Position numbers and translations under genes: made by a program
Notes under the pieces: model-generated
Told to the model about the DNA's origin: nothing
The model's input: the letters and a program-made list of their open reading frames with translations, nothing else
Database searches by the model: none
In this document: one piece after another, positions 9,802-19,483 of the stretch
Layout of the letters: every line of letters begins with the position of its first letter
Position numbering within the stretch: position 1 is the stretch's first letter
Assembly (NCBI GenBank): GCA_902533755.1
Contig: CACANC010000002.1
Span: forward strand, 10,529-74,528
Direction: 5' to 3'
DNA: 64,000 nt
Source of the DNA: an uncultured PS1 clade bacterium
GTDB lineage: Bacteria; Pseudomonadota; Alphaproteobacteria; MED-G09

Positions 9802-10928
9802 TTATTTTCCTTAAGTATTTCTCTAGCTATGATAACTCTCATGATCTCATTAGTTCCTTCAAGAATTTGGTGTACTCTTAAATCCCTAAGATTTCTTTCC
9901 AGAGGATAATCTTTCAAATAACCGTAACCTCCATGAATTTGTAGCGCTTCATTCACAATGTTAAAGCCTGCATCAGTAACAAATCTTTTTGCCATAGCTG
10001 CGGCTTTTGTTTTATCTGATGCATTATCATCAACTTTTATTGCAGCTTCTCTCAGAATCAATCTTGAGGCTTCTAATTCAGTACACATATCTGCTAGTTT
10101 AAACTGGAGAGCTTGAAATTCTTGTAATTTTTTTCCAAATTGTTCTCTTTCACCAACATATTGGACAGCTCTTTCATATGCTGATTGTGCTGTACCAAGA
10201 GAGCAGGCAGCAATATTGAGTCTGCCTCCATCTAAGCCCATCATTGCAATTTTAAAACCATCACCTTCTTGTCCGATTAGATTTTCAACAGGAACTTTAC
10301 AATCTTCAAAAATTACTTGAGCTGTGGGTTGAGAATTCCAGCCCATCTTCTTTTCTTGTCCACCAAATGAAAGGCCTTCACTATCTTTTTCTATTACAAG
10401 GGTCGAGATAGAGTTTTCATCAGTTTTAACCATTGTAACATATACATCAGAAAAGCCTCCGCCAGAAATAAACGATTTAGTTCCATTCAAAATATAATGG
10501 TCGCCCGATTTTTCTGCTTTTGTTCTTAAACCACCGGCATCTGATCCTGCGCCTGGTTCAGTTAAGCAATAAGAACTTATTTTTTTCATCGAACAAAGAT
10601 CAGGAACAAAACGTTCTTTTAACTCCTGACTTCCAAAATTATCTATCATCCATGTTGCCATATTATGTATAGATAAAAATGCAGCTGTAGATGTGCAGCC
10701 TTGACTAAGGCCTTCAAAAATTAATGTTGAATCTAACCTTGATAATCCTGATCCACCTAAATCTGGAGAAACATAAATACCAGCAAAACCTAATTGTGCT
10801 AATTCTTGCAATGTCTCTACAGGAAAGATCTTTTCTTCATCCCACTTTTCTGCATGAGGAGCCATTTTTTCAATTGCAAAATTTTTTGCAACATCATAAA
10901 AGGCTATTTGTTCTTCAGATAGTTTCAT
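9798..10928 (-). CDS. Acyl-CoA dehydrogenase (isobutyryl-CoA dehydrogenase-like)
   Basis: 376-aa ORF with motifs CLTEPGAGSDAGG and QIHGGYGY, and the MCAD-type catalytic Glu context ILEGTNEIMR. The ATGA overlap with the downstream hydrolase suggests translational coupling. Confidence 0.9.
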   Translation of the reverse strand: MKLSEEQIAFYDVAKNFAIEKMAPHAEKWDEEKIFPVETLQELAQLGFAGIYVSPDLGGSGLSRLDSTLIFEGLSQGCTSTAAFLSIHNMATWMIDNFGSQELKERFVPDLCSMKKISSYCLTEPGAGSDAGGLRTKAEKSGDHYILNGTKSFISGGGFSDVYVTMVKTDENSISTLVIEKDSEGLSFGGQEKKMGWNSQPTAQVIFEDCKVPVENLIGQEGDGFKIAMMGLDGGRLNIAACSLGTAQSAYERAVQYVGEREQFGKKLQEFQALQFKLADMCTELEASRLILREAAIKVDDNASDKTKAAAMAKRFVTDAGFNIVNEALQIHGGYGYLKDYPLERNLRDLRVHQILEGTNEIMRVIIAREILKENK

Positions 10929-11019
10929 TTTTCTTTATTACATTTCTAAATAAAAGTTAAAGCATCACTCTATTATAATAAATTTAGCTAAATTTAATGA
11001 CTTTTTGAAAATAATTAAA

Positions 11020-12441
11020 TTAACTAATTTTATTCATAACATCACCGAAGAGTTCTTCATCAGAAATTAATTCTTTGGTTTGAGGTAATGGTTTTGATAC
11101 CCATGTTTCATTAATTAAATCTCTCCAGGAAATATTATTATTGGTTCCGTTTCCGCCCCAAGAACCACATCCTAATGAAAATGTTTGTCTCATTCCATTC
11201 CATAAGTTTCCACTATTTGATGCTGCCTGAGGTTGATTTACCATAACTCTTGATGTCTTAGTAATATTAGCAAGCTTCATTATATTTTCATCACTACTTG
11301 AATAAATACCACAAGAATGTCCTTGCCCCTGGTAAGATTGGATATTGTTAGTTAGTTCAATAGCATGATCGATATCATTGGCTTTGTATAATGCCATTAC
11401 TACTGATAATTTTTCACCTGAAAACAGATTTTCCGGTCCCCATCCATCTTCAGAAACGATTATAAATTCAGTATTTTCTGGAATATCTAGACCTGCCATT
11501 TCAGCAATTTTTTCTGCTGGTTGAGCTACAATAGCTGTATTCAAATGGCCTTCTTCATCCCATATCGTATTACGAAGTTTTTCTTTTTCCTCTGAATTTG
11601 CTAAATAACCACCTCTTACTTCTAGTTTTGAAAGCATATCTTCATAAATCTTTTCTACTAAAATAACTGAATTATCCGCAGAGCATGAGGCTGCTAAATC
11701 AAGGGTTTTTGAAATTTTTATTTTATCAGCAGCATCATCTAAATCAGCAGTTTCATCAACGGTAATAACAGCATTACCAACTCCAACTCCTAGAGCAGGT
11801 GTTCCGCTTGAATAGGCTGCATTAACCATTGCACCGCCTCCAGTAGCAAGCACTCTATCACACTGGGCCATAAGTTCATTGGTAAGTTCTAAAGATGGGA
11901 TTTCAATACCTATTACTAAATCAGCTGGTGCTCCACAACTTTCAATTGCGGCTCTCATAAGGTCGCATATCTTCTTGTTTGTTAGTTTTGCTCTAGGATG
12001 GGGAGCAACAATAATTGAATTTCTTCCTTTGACAGCATGAATGGCTTTAATAACTGGTGTTGCTTCAGGATTTGTAGATGGAGCAAGTGCTCCAATTACA
12101 CCCATAGGTTTTGCAATTTTGACAATTTGTCTTTCTTTATCCTCTTCTAATATTCCAACAGATTTTTCATCAATAATATCCATTAGAGTTGCTCGAGTTT
12201 TTCTCTGTATCTTAAGAAATTTACCTTCGTAGTTTCCTAGCTGTGTTTCATCAACCGTAAATTGAGCGATTTCTTCTGCAACTCCAGGCCTTGCAACACA
12301 CCAAACCATTGCTCGTATAAGTTCATCAACTTGTTCCTGAGTATAATTTTCAATTTGTTTTTGAGCTTCTCTAGATCTTCTAACCAACTCTTGAATTTCT
12401 TCCTTTGGTTCAAGTCCTGATTCATTTACTTGTTTATCCAT
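11020..12441 (-). CDS. CoA-acylating aldehyde dehydrogenase (AdhE N-terminal-domain / EutE-PduP-SauS type, ALDH family 20)
   Basis: The sequence is collinear by eye with the E. coli AdhE ALDH domain. Shared segments include EAQKQIENYTQEQVDELIRAM, PMGVIGALAPSTNPEATPVIKAI, VAPHPRA, ATGGGAMVNAAYSSGTPALGVGVGN and a Cys in AASCSADNS. I set the start at ATG 12441, preceded by GAGGAG. The track start 12474 is upstream of that RBS. Confidence 0.8.
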   Translation of the reverse strand: MDKQVNESGLEPKEEIQELVRRSREAQKQIENYTQEQVDELIRAMVWCVARPGVAEEIAQFTVDETQLGNYEGKFLKIQRKTRATLMDIIDEKSVGILEEDKERQIVKIAKPMGVIGALAPSTNPEATPVIKAIHAVKGRNSIIVAPHPRAKLTNKKICDLMRAAIESCGAPADLVIGIEIPSLELTNELMAQCDRVLATGGGAMVNAAYSSGTPALGVGVGNAVITVDETADLDDAADKIKISKTLDLAASCSADNSVILVEKIYEDMLSKLEVRGGYLANSEEKEKLRNTIWDEEGHLNTAIVAQPAEKIAEMAGLDIPENTEFIIVSEDGWGPENLFSGEKLSVVMALYKANDIDHAIELTNNIQSYQGQGHSCGIYSSSDENIMKLANITKTSRVMVNQPQAASNSGNLWNGMRQTFSLGCGSWGGNGTNNNISWRDLINETWVSKPLPQTKELISDEELFGDVMNKIS

Positions 12442-12533
12442 CAAAATCTCCTCAATTTTAATATTTATTTTCAATCGGTATTAATACACCACTATATAAT
12501 CTTCGTCCACGATTCATTAGACAATACAATCAA

Positions 12534-13535
12534 TTAGTTAGTTATTTTTAAAAGTTGTTTTCCTTTATTTTTACCATCAAAAAGACCTTTAAGAGTATCA
12601 GGCGCATTCTCAAAACCCTCTCTTAAATCTTCTTTGCAAATTAGTTTGCCATCTTTAATCCATTTTTTCATTTTATTTCTAGCTGAAGCTGTCTCTGACA
12701 TATAATCTAACATCAAAAAACCTTGCATGGTTGCTCTTTTGAAAATTAAATTTGAATAATTTTCAGGTCCGAAATTCATATTATCGGTTTTATGTCTAGA
12801 TATTATCCCACAAATAGCAATTCTTGCATTCAATGCTAAATGTAATAGGCAATCATTTAAAATTCTTCCGCCAACATTATCATATACAATATCAGCTCCA
12901 TTAGGACATAGCTTACTTAAGCTTTCATTAAGATCTTCAGATTTATAATCTATTGATCCGTCAAACCCAAATTCATTTATAAGCATTTCACACTTTTCTT
13001 TTCCTCCTGCAATACCATAAACTTTGCATCCAGCAATCTTAAAGATTTGTCCAGCTAAAGATCCAACTCCTCCTGCAGCACCAGTTACAATTACAGTATC
13101 GCCGGGATTTGGCTTACTTATTTTGGTAACTCCAAAATATGCAGTTAATCCTGTGCCACCAAGCGCACCTAAGTATGCTGTAGGCATATCTGTATCTTCA
13201 ATTATTTCTATGTCATCTTCATTCAATATAGGATGAGTTTGCCAACATGTTTGGCCCGATACAATGTCACCTTTTTTAAATTTCTTGGATTTACTATCTA
13301 CTACTCTAGCAATTCCGCTGCAGCGCATTACATCTCCTATTTCAAGAGGTGCCACATAATTAGATATATTTTCCATCCAACCTTTTTGGGCAGGTTGGAA
13401 TTCAATAACCATATTTTCTAGAAGTAATTCACCATCATTAATTTCTCTAATCTCTTCTTCTTTATATTCAAAGTCATCATCAGATATTGGTCTGCCTACC
13501 GGCCTACCAGCCAGTAGAAATTTTTTATTAATCAT
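12534..13535 (-). CDS. NADP-dependent alkenal/enone oxidoreductase (MDR, YncB/CurA/PTGR1 type)
   Basis: 333-aa ORF with cofactor motif VTGAAGGVGSLAGQI and an N-terminal ADH_N_2-like region (LAGRPVGRPISDDDFEY). Confidence 0.75.
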   Translation of the reverse strand: MINKKFLLAGRPVGRPISDDDFEYKEEEIREINDGELLLENMVIEFQPAQKGWMENISNYVAPLEIGDVMRCSGIARVVDSKSKKFKKGDIVSGQTCWQTHPILNEDDIEIIEDTDMPTAYLGALGGTGLTAYFGVTKISKPNPGDTVIVTGAAGGVGSLAGQIFKIAGCKVYGIAGGKEKCEMLINEFGFDGSIDYKSEDLNESLSKLCPNGADIVYDNVGGRILNDCLLHLALNARIAICGIISRHKTDNMNFGPENYSNLIFKRATMQGFLMLDYMSETASARNKMKKWIKDGKLICKEDLREGFENAPDTLKGLFDGKNKGKQLLKITN

Positions 13536-13559
13536 AATTAATCCTGTAAATTGTTGTTT

Positions 13560-14705
13560 TTAGTTTGTAATAATTGTACATGCGGAGATACCAGGAGCAC
13601 CATAAACATGTGTATATGCAGTTTTTGGATTATTTGGTACCTGTCTTTTACCTGCTGCGCCTCTTAGCTGAACACAGTTCTCATAAACTTGTCTTAGACC
13701 TGAAGCCCCAACTGGCTCACCATTAGCTATACAACCGCCATCAGTATTTACTGGAAACTTTCCATCAATATTTGTATCACCATCTTGCAGCATTTTCTCT
13801 TGATCGCCATCTTTACAAAAACCATTTTCAGCCATATGCATAATCTCAGCTCCTGACTCAGTATCTTGAAGTTGCGCTAGGTCAATATCTTCATGACCTA
13901 TACCCGCCATCTCAAAAGTTGCTTTTGCTGCTCCAACAGTTGGGCTAGGACCTCTTTCAATTTCGAGAGAGGGGCTAAAAACTTCAAAAGATCCAAGAGG
14001 TCTAGATCTAAATGCTGCACCTTTAAGATATAAAGGTTTAGTAGTGAATTTGCTTGCAATATCAGCTCTGCATAATATTAAAGCAACAGCACCTTCCGCA
14101 GGTGAACAAAACATAAATTTCGTTAGAGGATCAGAAACCATCATACCATTCAATATGTCTTCTTTTGAGACAGGATCTCTTCTCCATGCATTAGGATTTA
14201 ATGAACCATTATTGAATGCTTTTTCTGCAACTAAAGCTAATGCATCAGAAGTAATTCCATAATCATGCATATATCTTTGTATTTTCATTCCAAAAAATTG
14301 TGTAGTAAGCATAAGCCCTGTTTCGCCATACCATTTTTGAAGTCCAGCGGCTTCTGGATCTGCATTAAATGCACCTCGAGGGTGTTTATCAAATCCTACT
14401 GCCATTCCAATATCAAATTGACCAGATTTAATTGTTGTGTAGGCAGATAATAATGCTGAACCACCAGTTGCGCAGCCATTTGAAACATTCATAAATGGAA
14501 CTCCAGTTAGCCCAAGTTCACTTACCATTGTATCGGCGCTTCCAGCCGCAGATGAACCGCCATAAGCAAATTCTATATCTTTCCACTCTATTTCTGCATC
14601 TGATAATGCTTCCTTAGCTGCATGAACACCCTGTTGAAGTCCTGATACGCCATCAGTTCGTCCAAATGGATGAATTCCAATTCCAACTATTGCTACATCT
14701 GTCAT
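13560..14705 (-). CDS. SCP-x / lipid-transfer-protein type thiolase
   Basis: 381-aa ORF. The N-terminus is VAIVGIGIHPFGR, the nucleophile Cys context is NVSNGCATGGSAL, and the C-terminus is YGAPGISACTII. It is paired with a DUF35 gene immediately upstream. Confidence 0.85.
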   Translation of the reverse strand: MTDVAIVGIGIHPFGRTDGVSGLQQGVHAAKEALSDAEIEWKDIEFAYGGSSAAGSADTMVSELGLTGVPFMNVSNGCATGGSALLSAYTTIKSGQFDIGMAVGFDKHPRGAFNADPEAAGLQKWYGETGLMLTTQFFGMKIQRYMHDYGITSDALALVAEKAFNNGSLNPNAWRRDPVSKEDILNGMMVSDPLTKFMFCSPAEGAVALILCRADIASKFTTKPLYLKGAAFRSRPLGSFEVFSPSLEIERGPSPTVGAAKATFEMAGIGHEDIDLAQLQDTESGAEIMHMAENGFCKDGDQEKMLQDGDTNIDGKFPVNTDGGCIANGEPVGASGLRQVYENCVQLRGAAGKRQVPNNPKTAYTHVYGAPGISACTIITN

Positions 14706-14715
14706 AATATATCTC

Positions 14716-15129
14716 CTATGAGTTTACAGAAGGTTTAAAAGCAAAAATTAATAATTCTTCCCCTTCTTCATTTTTAACGAATGGTTCTATTGTAAGTTCC
14801 ATTTCCATACCAATTTCCAATTCCTTTGGATCAATTCCTACTAATCTTGATTCTACCATAATTTCACCTGGTAGTTCAATATAACCAACAGCATAAGGTT
14901 TAAAATCCTCAGGTGCAACTTGTTCTATATATGGTGTTTTAGGAAGAAACCTTTGTACTGTCCAAGTCCAAAGCTTTCCTTTATTTGATAATTCAACTTT
15001 TTCATGTTGATTTGAATTTTTAGCAGGAAAGAAATATCTTCCTGTTTCAGTATCTTTGCTACCAATTAACTTTGGTGAGTCTGAAGGCCAAGTGAATAAA
15101 TTATCTGCTATGGGTTTTTGTGTAGACAT
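14716..15129 (-). CDS. DUF35 OB-fold / zinc-ribbon protein (thiolase partner)
   Basis: ~137 aa, located between a CoA ligase and an SCP-x thiolase, which is the classic DUF35 context. I set the start at ATG 15129, preceded by GGAG. The track start 15141 is a TTG. Confidence 0.65.
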   Translation of the reverse strand: MSTQKPIADNLFTWPSDSPKLIGSKDTETGRYFFPAKNSNQHEKVELSNKGKLWTWTVQRFLPKTPYIEQVAPEDFKPYAVGYIELPGEIMVESRLVGIDPKELEIGMEMELTIEPFVKNEEGEELLIFAFKPSVNS

Positions 15130-15143
15130 ATCTTTCTCCAAAT

Positions 15144-16721
15144 TTAATTTATTGCTCTTTCAAAACCTTCCCAATAAGGTTTTCTTAATTCTTTCTTTAA
15201 TATTTTACCAGATGGATTTCTTGGTAATTCTTTAATAAAATCTACCGATTTTGGTGTCTTAAAGCCAGCAATTTTTTGCCTAGTAAAATTAATAATATCC
15301 TCCTCAGATGTTTCGCAGTTTTCTTTTAAAACTACTAAAGCTTTTACAGCTTCTCCCCAATGCTCGTCAGGAACACCTATAACCGCAACATCTGAAACCA
15401 TTTCATGTCCAAAAATAGCGCTTTCAACCTCTGCAGGATAAACATTTTCACCACCTGATACAATCATATCTTTTACTCTATCATGGACAAAAACATAGCC
15501 ATCCTCATCCATAAAACCTGCATCACCAGTATAAAGCCATCCTGATTTAAGAGTTTTTTTTGTTTCTTCTGGTAAATTCCAGTAACCAATCATATTTGAA
15601 GTTGTTCGAACAATTATTTCACCCACATCTTTTGTATTAACTTCCTTACCTTTTTCATCAACAATTTTTATTTCACAATGTGGCAATGCTTTTCCTGCTG
15701 ACTTCATTCTTTCATTACCTTCAATTGAATGGTCTTCAGGCGGAAGATATGTTACGGATCCAGTTGTTTCGGTCATGCCATATAACTGAATAAATCCACA
15801 TTTGAAAACCTCAATAGCTTCTTTTAATAAGTCTAATGGAATAGGAGATGCTCCATATGATATATATTTAATAGTTGAGTAGTTTGTTTTTCTTGATAAT
15901 GGATTATCAAGTATCATTTTCATCATTGCAGGAACCATAAAAATTTTAGTAATACCATAGTCATTAATGGCATTTAAAACTGCTGTTGGTTCAAACTCTT
16001 TCAAAACGACATTTGTTGCTGATGCATATAAACCTCCAATTCCTGATCCAGCTCCACCAATATGAAATGTTGGTGCAGTAACTAACTGAACCTCATCTTC
16101 AGTCCATTCACTCCATTCTAAACCTTCTTGTGGTTCTGGATTCCTCGATGAATAAAAATTATCATGTGTTAATTGAACGCCTTTCGGATTACCTGTCGTA
16201 CCAGAGGTATACATTTGAATAGCAACATCTTTTAATTGAGGCTTTCTGTCGCATATTGAGTCGCTTTGTTTATCTCTCCAATCTTCATATGTTGGCCAAT
16301 TTTTATTTGTTCCTGACATACAAATAACTTTTTCTATACTAGGAACATCTTGCAGAATTTTTTCTATCAGACCAAAAAAATCTTCACCTACAAATAAAAT
16401 TTTAGCACTTGAGTCATTAAGAATATAAGCAACTTCTGGGGGTGCTAATCGCCAATTTATGCCAACTATTACTGAGTTTGATTTTGCACAACCCATAACA
16501 AGCTCATAAAATCTATCAGAATTTTTATCCATATATGCGACCCGATCTTGCTCAGCAACATTTTCTGAAACAAGACCATTCGCTACTTTTTCTGAGTTAA
16601 TATCAAACTCTTTGTATGTCACTACCCTATCTTCAAAAACAAAAGCTTTTTTTTCTGGACATCTATCTCCATGAACTCTTGCTATATCAGATAAATGGAC
16701 AATTTCTGAAAAATATGTCAA
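15144..16721 (-). CDS. AMP-dependent acyl-CoA ligase (medium/long-chain fatty-acid-CoA ligase family)
   Basis: 525-aa ORF with the AMP-binding motif MYTSGTTGNPKG, plus YGMTET, TGDAGFMDEDGYVFVHDRVKDMI and C-terminal PRNPSGKILK. Confidence 0.9.
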   Translation of the reverse strand: MTYFSEIVHLSDIARVHGDRCPEKKAFVFEDRVVTYKEFDINSEKVANGLVSENVAEQDRVAYMDKNSDRFYELVMGCAKSNSVIVGINWRLAPPEVAYILNDSSAKILFVGEDFFGLIEKILQDVPSIEKVICMSGTNKNWPTYEDWRDKQSDSICDRKPQLKDVAIQMYTSGTTGNPKGVQLTHDNFYSSRNPEPQEGLEWSEWTEDEVQLVTAPTFHIGGAGSGIGGLYASATNVVLKEFEPTAVLNAINDYGITKIFMVPAMMKMILDNPLSRKTNYSTIKYISYGASPIPLDLLKEAIEVFKCGFIQLYGMTETTGSVTYLPPEDHSIEGNERMKSAGKALPHCEIKIVDEKGKEVNTKDVGEIIVRTTSNMIGYWNLPEETKKTLKSGWLYTGDAGFMDEDGYVFVHDRVKDMIVSGGENVYPAEVESAIFGHEMVSDVAVIGVPDEHWGEAVKALVVLKENCETSEEDIINFTRQKIAGFKTPKSVDFIKELPRNPSGKILKKELRKPYWEGFERAIN

Positions 16722-16831
16722 TCATTCCTCCCAGTAAATATTTATGCCTATTACAAAATACTATGACAAACTAATCAAGTATGTTTTATAATAAATATGT
16801 ATTTTTTTGATTTAGTTATTTGGAGATAAAA

Positions 16832-18034
16832 ATGGATTTGAGTTTTAAGCCTGAACATGAAGCTTTTAGACAGGAGGTCAGAGACTTTCTTGATGAGGAG
16901 TTAACTGATGAACTGAGAGAAGCTGGTAAACTTACAGCAAGTGTATTTAGTGAGGTAGAATATTCATCAAAATGGCATAAAATTTTATATAATAAAGGTT
17001 GGATAGGTTCTCGTTGGCCAGAAGAATATGGCGGCACAGGATGGGACGATATGCAAAGGTATATATTTAGCAGTGAATGTGCCTCAGCAGGAGCGCCATC
17101 ACCAACTGCTATGGGTTTACATATGGTTGGTCCTGTCTTAATGAAATACGGAACACAAAAACAAAAAGACTTTTACTTACCAAGGATTTTATCTGGTGAT
17201 GATTTTTGGTGCCAAGGTTATTCTGAACCAGGATCAGGTTCTGATTTGGCATCGCTTCAATGCAAGGCCGTAAGAGAGGGTGACCATTATGTCGTTAATG
17301 GCACTAAAATTTGGACAACACATGCACAATACGCAAATAGAATTTTTTGTCTCGTTAGAACTGATAATACTGGTAAACCTCAACAAGGTATAACTTTCTT
17401 ATTAATTGATATGGATACACCAGGAATTGAAATTAAACCAATTATTACAATGGCTGGAGATCACGAAGTAAACCAAACATTTTTTGATGATGTTAAAGTC
17501 CCTGTTGAAAATGTTGTCGGAGAAGAGAATGATGGTTGGACTGTTGCTAAATATTTATTGGAGTTTGAAAGAGGTGGTGCCTATGCAGCTGGTTTAAAAG
17601 CTCAAATAAATAAAATAAGAAAGATTGCTACTATTGAAAAATCTGATACTGGCGAAAGTTTAATTGATGATAAAAATTTCTTAAAGTCTTTGAATGAGGC
17701 TGAAATAGAAGTTCAAGCAGTTTTAATGACCGAACATAGAATTATGTCAGATATTGCAGAAAGAGGTCATCCAGGCCCTGCTTCATCTATATTAAAATCT
17801 AGAGGATCAGAGCTTAAGCAGCATTTAGATGGTTTAACTGTATCTGCATTAGGTTATTATACAAGCCCTCAACAAAATGAAGCTAGAATTCCGGGTTCAA
17901 ATTTTGATGTTATTGGACCAGATTATTCTATTACAGCTTTTCCAGCTTATTTAAATAATAGGGCCTCTACCATTTATGGTGGATCTAATGAAATCCAAAG
18001 AAATATAATGGCTAAATTTGTTTTAGGCCTCTAA
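16832..18034 (+). CDS. Acyl-CoA dehydrogenase family protein
   Basis: ~400 aa with motifs GYSEPGSGSDLAS, VNGTKIWTT and C-terminal YGGSNEIQRNIMA. I set the start at ATG 16832 after GGAGATAAAA. The track start 16820 is a TTG. Confidence 0.9.
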   Translation: MDLSFKPEHEAFRQEVRDFLDEELTDELREAGKLTASVFSEVEYSSKWHKILYNKGWIGSRWPEEYGGTGWDDMQRYIFSSECASAGAPSPTAMGLHMVGPVLMKYGTQKQKDFYLPRILSGDDFWCQGYSEPGSGSDLASLQCKAVREGDHYVVNGTKIWTTHAQYANRIFCLVRTDNTGKPQQGITFLLIDMDTPGIEIKPIITMAGDHEVNQTFFDDVKVPVENVVGEENDGWTVAKYLLEFERGGAYAAGLKAQINKIRKIATIEKSDTGESLIDDKNFLKSLNEAEIEVQAVLMTEHRIMSDIAERGHPGPASSILKSRGSELKQHLDGLTVSALGYYTSPQQNEARIPGSNFDVIGPDYSITAFPAYLNNRASTIYGGSNEIQRNIMAKFVLGL

Positions 18035-18041
18035 TTCTCAT

Positions 18042-19406
18042 ATGGAATTTGATGAATTAAAAGGTTTTTTAGGAGATAGACTTACAACCTCGAAAGCTAT
18101 TCGTTTAGAGCATAGCCAAGATGAGTCATGGCATTTACCAAAAAACATACCTGATGCAATTACATACCCTGAAACCTCAGAGGAGGTTTCCAAAATAATT
18201 AAATTTGCTTCTAAAAATGATATACCAGTTATTCCATTTGGAACTGGTACCGCTTTAGAGGGACATATACATGCCTTAAAAGGTGGAATCACTATTAACT
18301 CAAGTAAAATGAATAAGATTATTGAATTAAATAATTCAGATATGGATTGTAGAGTTCAAGCTGGCGTTACAAGAAAAGAATTAAATGATTATATAAGAGA
18401 TACAGGATTATTTTTCCCTGTTGACCCAGGAGCTAACGCATCAATTGGCGGTATGTGTGCTACACGAGCGTCAGGAACAACGACTGTTAAGTATGGTACC
18501 ATAAGAGAACAAGTAATGGGTCTCGAGGTGGTGATGCCTGATGGTAAAATAATTAAAACAGGAACCAGAGCAAGAAAATCTGCAGCTGGATACGATTTAA
18601 GTCATTTAATGCTTGGTTCAGAGGGAACATTAGGTTTTATAACAGAAATAAATTTAAAACTTCATGGTAGACCTGAAGCAATTTCTGCTGGTGTTTGTAC
18701 ATTTAAAGATTTGAAAGGTGCAATCGATACTGTAATTGAGTCAATCCAAGTAGGTTTGCCTTTATCTAGGATAGAGTTATTGGATGAAGTTCAGATTAAA
18801 GCTATTAACCAATACAAAAAGGTATCCCATGAAATTGGCCCAACATTATTTGTTGAAATTCAAGGAATGCCTTTAAGTGTGAAAGAGCAGTCTGAAATAT
18901 TTAGAGATATTGCGGAGGCAAATAATATTCTAAAATTTCAATGGTCAGATAGAAGTGAAGAAATTGAAGTTTTGTGGAGCGCTAGGCATGATGCATATTA
19001 TGCAGCTTTAGCTTTAGCGCCTGGTAAAAAGGCATTTACAACTGATATATGTGTTCCAATTTCAAATTTAACTGAGTGCATTATTGAAACAAAGAAAGAT
19101 ATAGAGCAGTCAAATATTATGGCTCCAATTGTAGGTCATGTTGGGGATGGTAATTTCCATCTAATTATGCTTTTAGATCCAGAAAATAAAAAAGAAGTTT
19201 CTGAGGCAAAACAGTTAAATGATAAGTTAGTTAATAGGGCTTTAAGAATGGAAGGTACCTCAACTGGCGAACATGGAATAGGGATAGGCAAAAAAGAATT
19301 TTTAAAAACTGAACAAGGCTTATCTGTTGAGATTATGTCTCAAATAAAAAAAGCTATTGATCCAAAGAATATTATGAATCCAGGTAAAATTTTTGATATT
19401 AATTAA
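18042..19406 (+). CDS. FAD-linked oxidase (GlcD / D-lactate or D-2-hydroxyacid dehydrogenase family)
   Basis: 454-aa ORF with the FAD_binding_4 region IPVIPFGTGTALEGH...GANASIGGMCATRASG and the C-terminal FAD-oxidase_C region GEHGIGIGKKEFL...IDPKNIMNPGKIF. Confidence 0.85.
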   Translation: MEFDELKGFLGDRLTTSKAIRLEHSQDESWHLPKNIPDAITYPETSEEVSKIIKFASKNDIPVIPFGTGTALEGHIHALKGGITINSSKMNKIIELNNSDMDCRVQAGVTRKELNDYIRDTGLFFPVDPGANASIGGMCATRASGTTTVKYGTIREQVMGLEVVMPDGKIIKTGTRARKSAAGYDLSHLMLGSEGTLGFITEINLKLHGRPEAISAGVCTFKDLKGAIDTVIESIQVGLPLSRIELLDEVQIKAINQYKKVSHEIGPTLFVEIQGMPLSVKEQSEIFRDIAEANNILKFQWSDRSEEIEVLWSARHDAYYAALALAPGKKAFTTDICVPISNLTECIIETKKDIEQSNIMAPIVGHVGDGNFHLIMLLDPENKKEVSEAKQLNDKLVNRALRMEGTSTGEHGIGIGKKEFLKTEQGLSVEIMSQIKKAIDPKNIMNPGKIFDIN

Positions 19407-19483
19407 CACCTCTTATACATTGTGTTGAAGTTACACACTCTAAAATAAAAAAAAACAACAAAAATTAAGTCTAAGCCTAAAGT

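Noticed and set aside
16820-16831. N-terminal extensions in the ORF track that begin at TTG (16820, 15141, 24193, 27921, 40535, 58422, 23652) or lie upstream of the RBS (12474, 48258, 62469)
   Set aside because: In each case an in-frame ATG a few codons downstream is preceded by a GGAG-type Shine-Dalgarno. It also gives a sensible N-terminus (a signal peptide or a conserved start). I therefore used the shorter coordinates.
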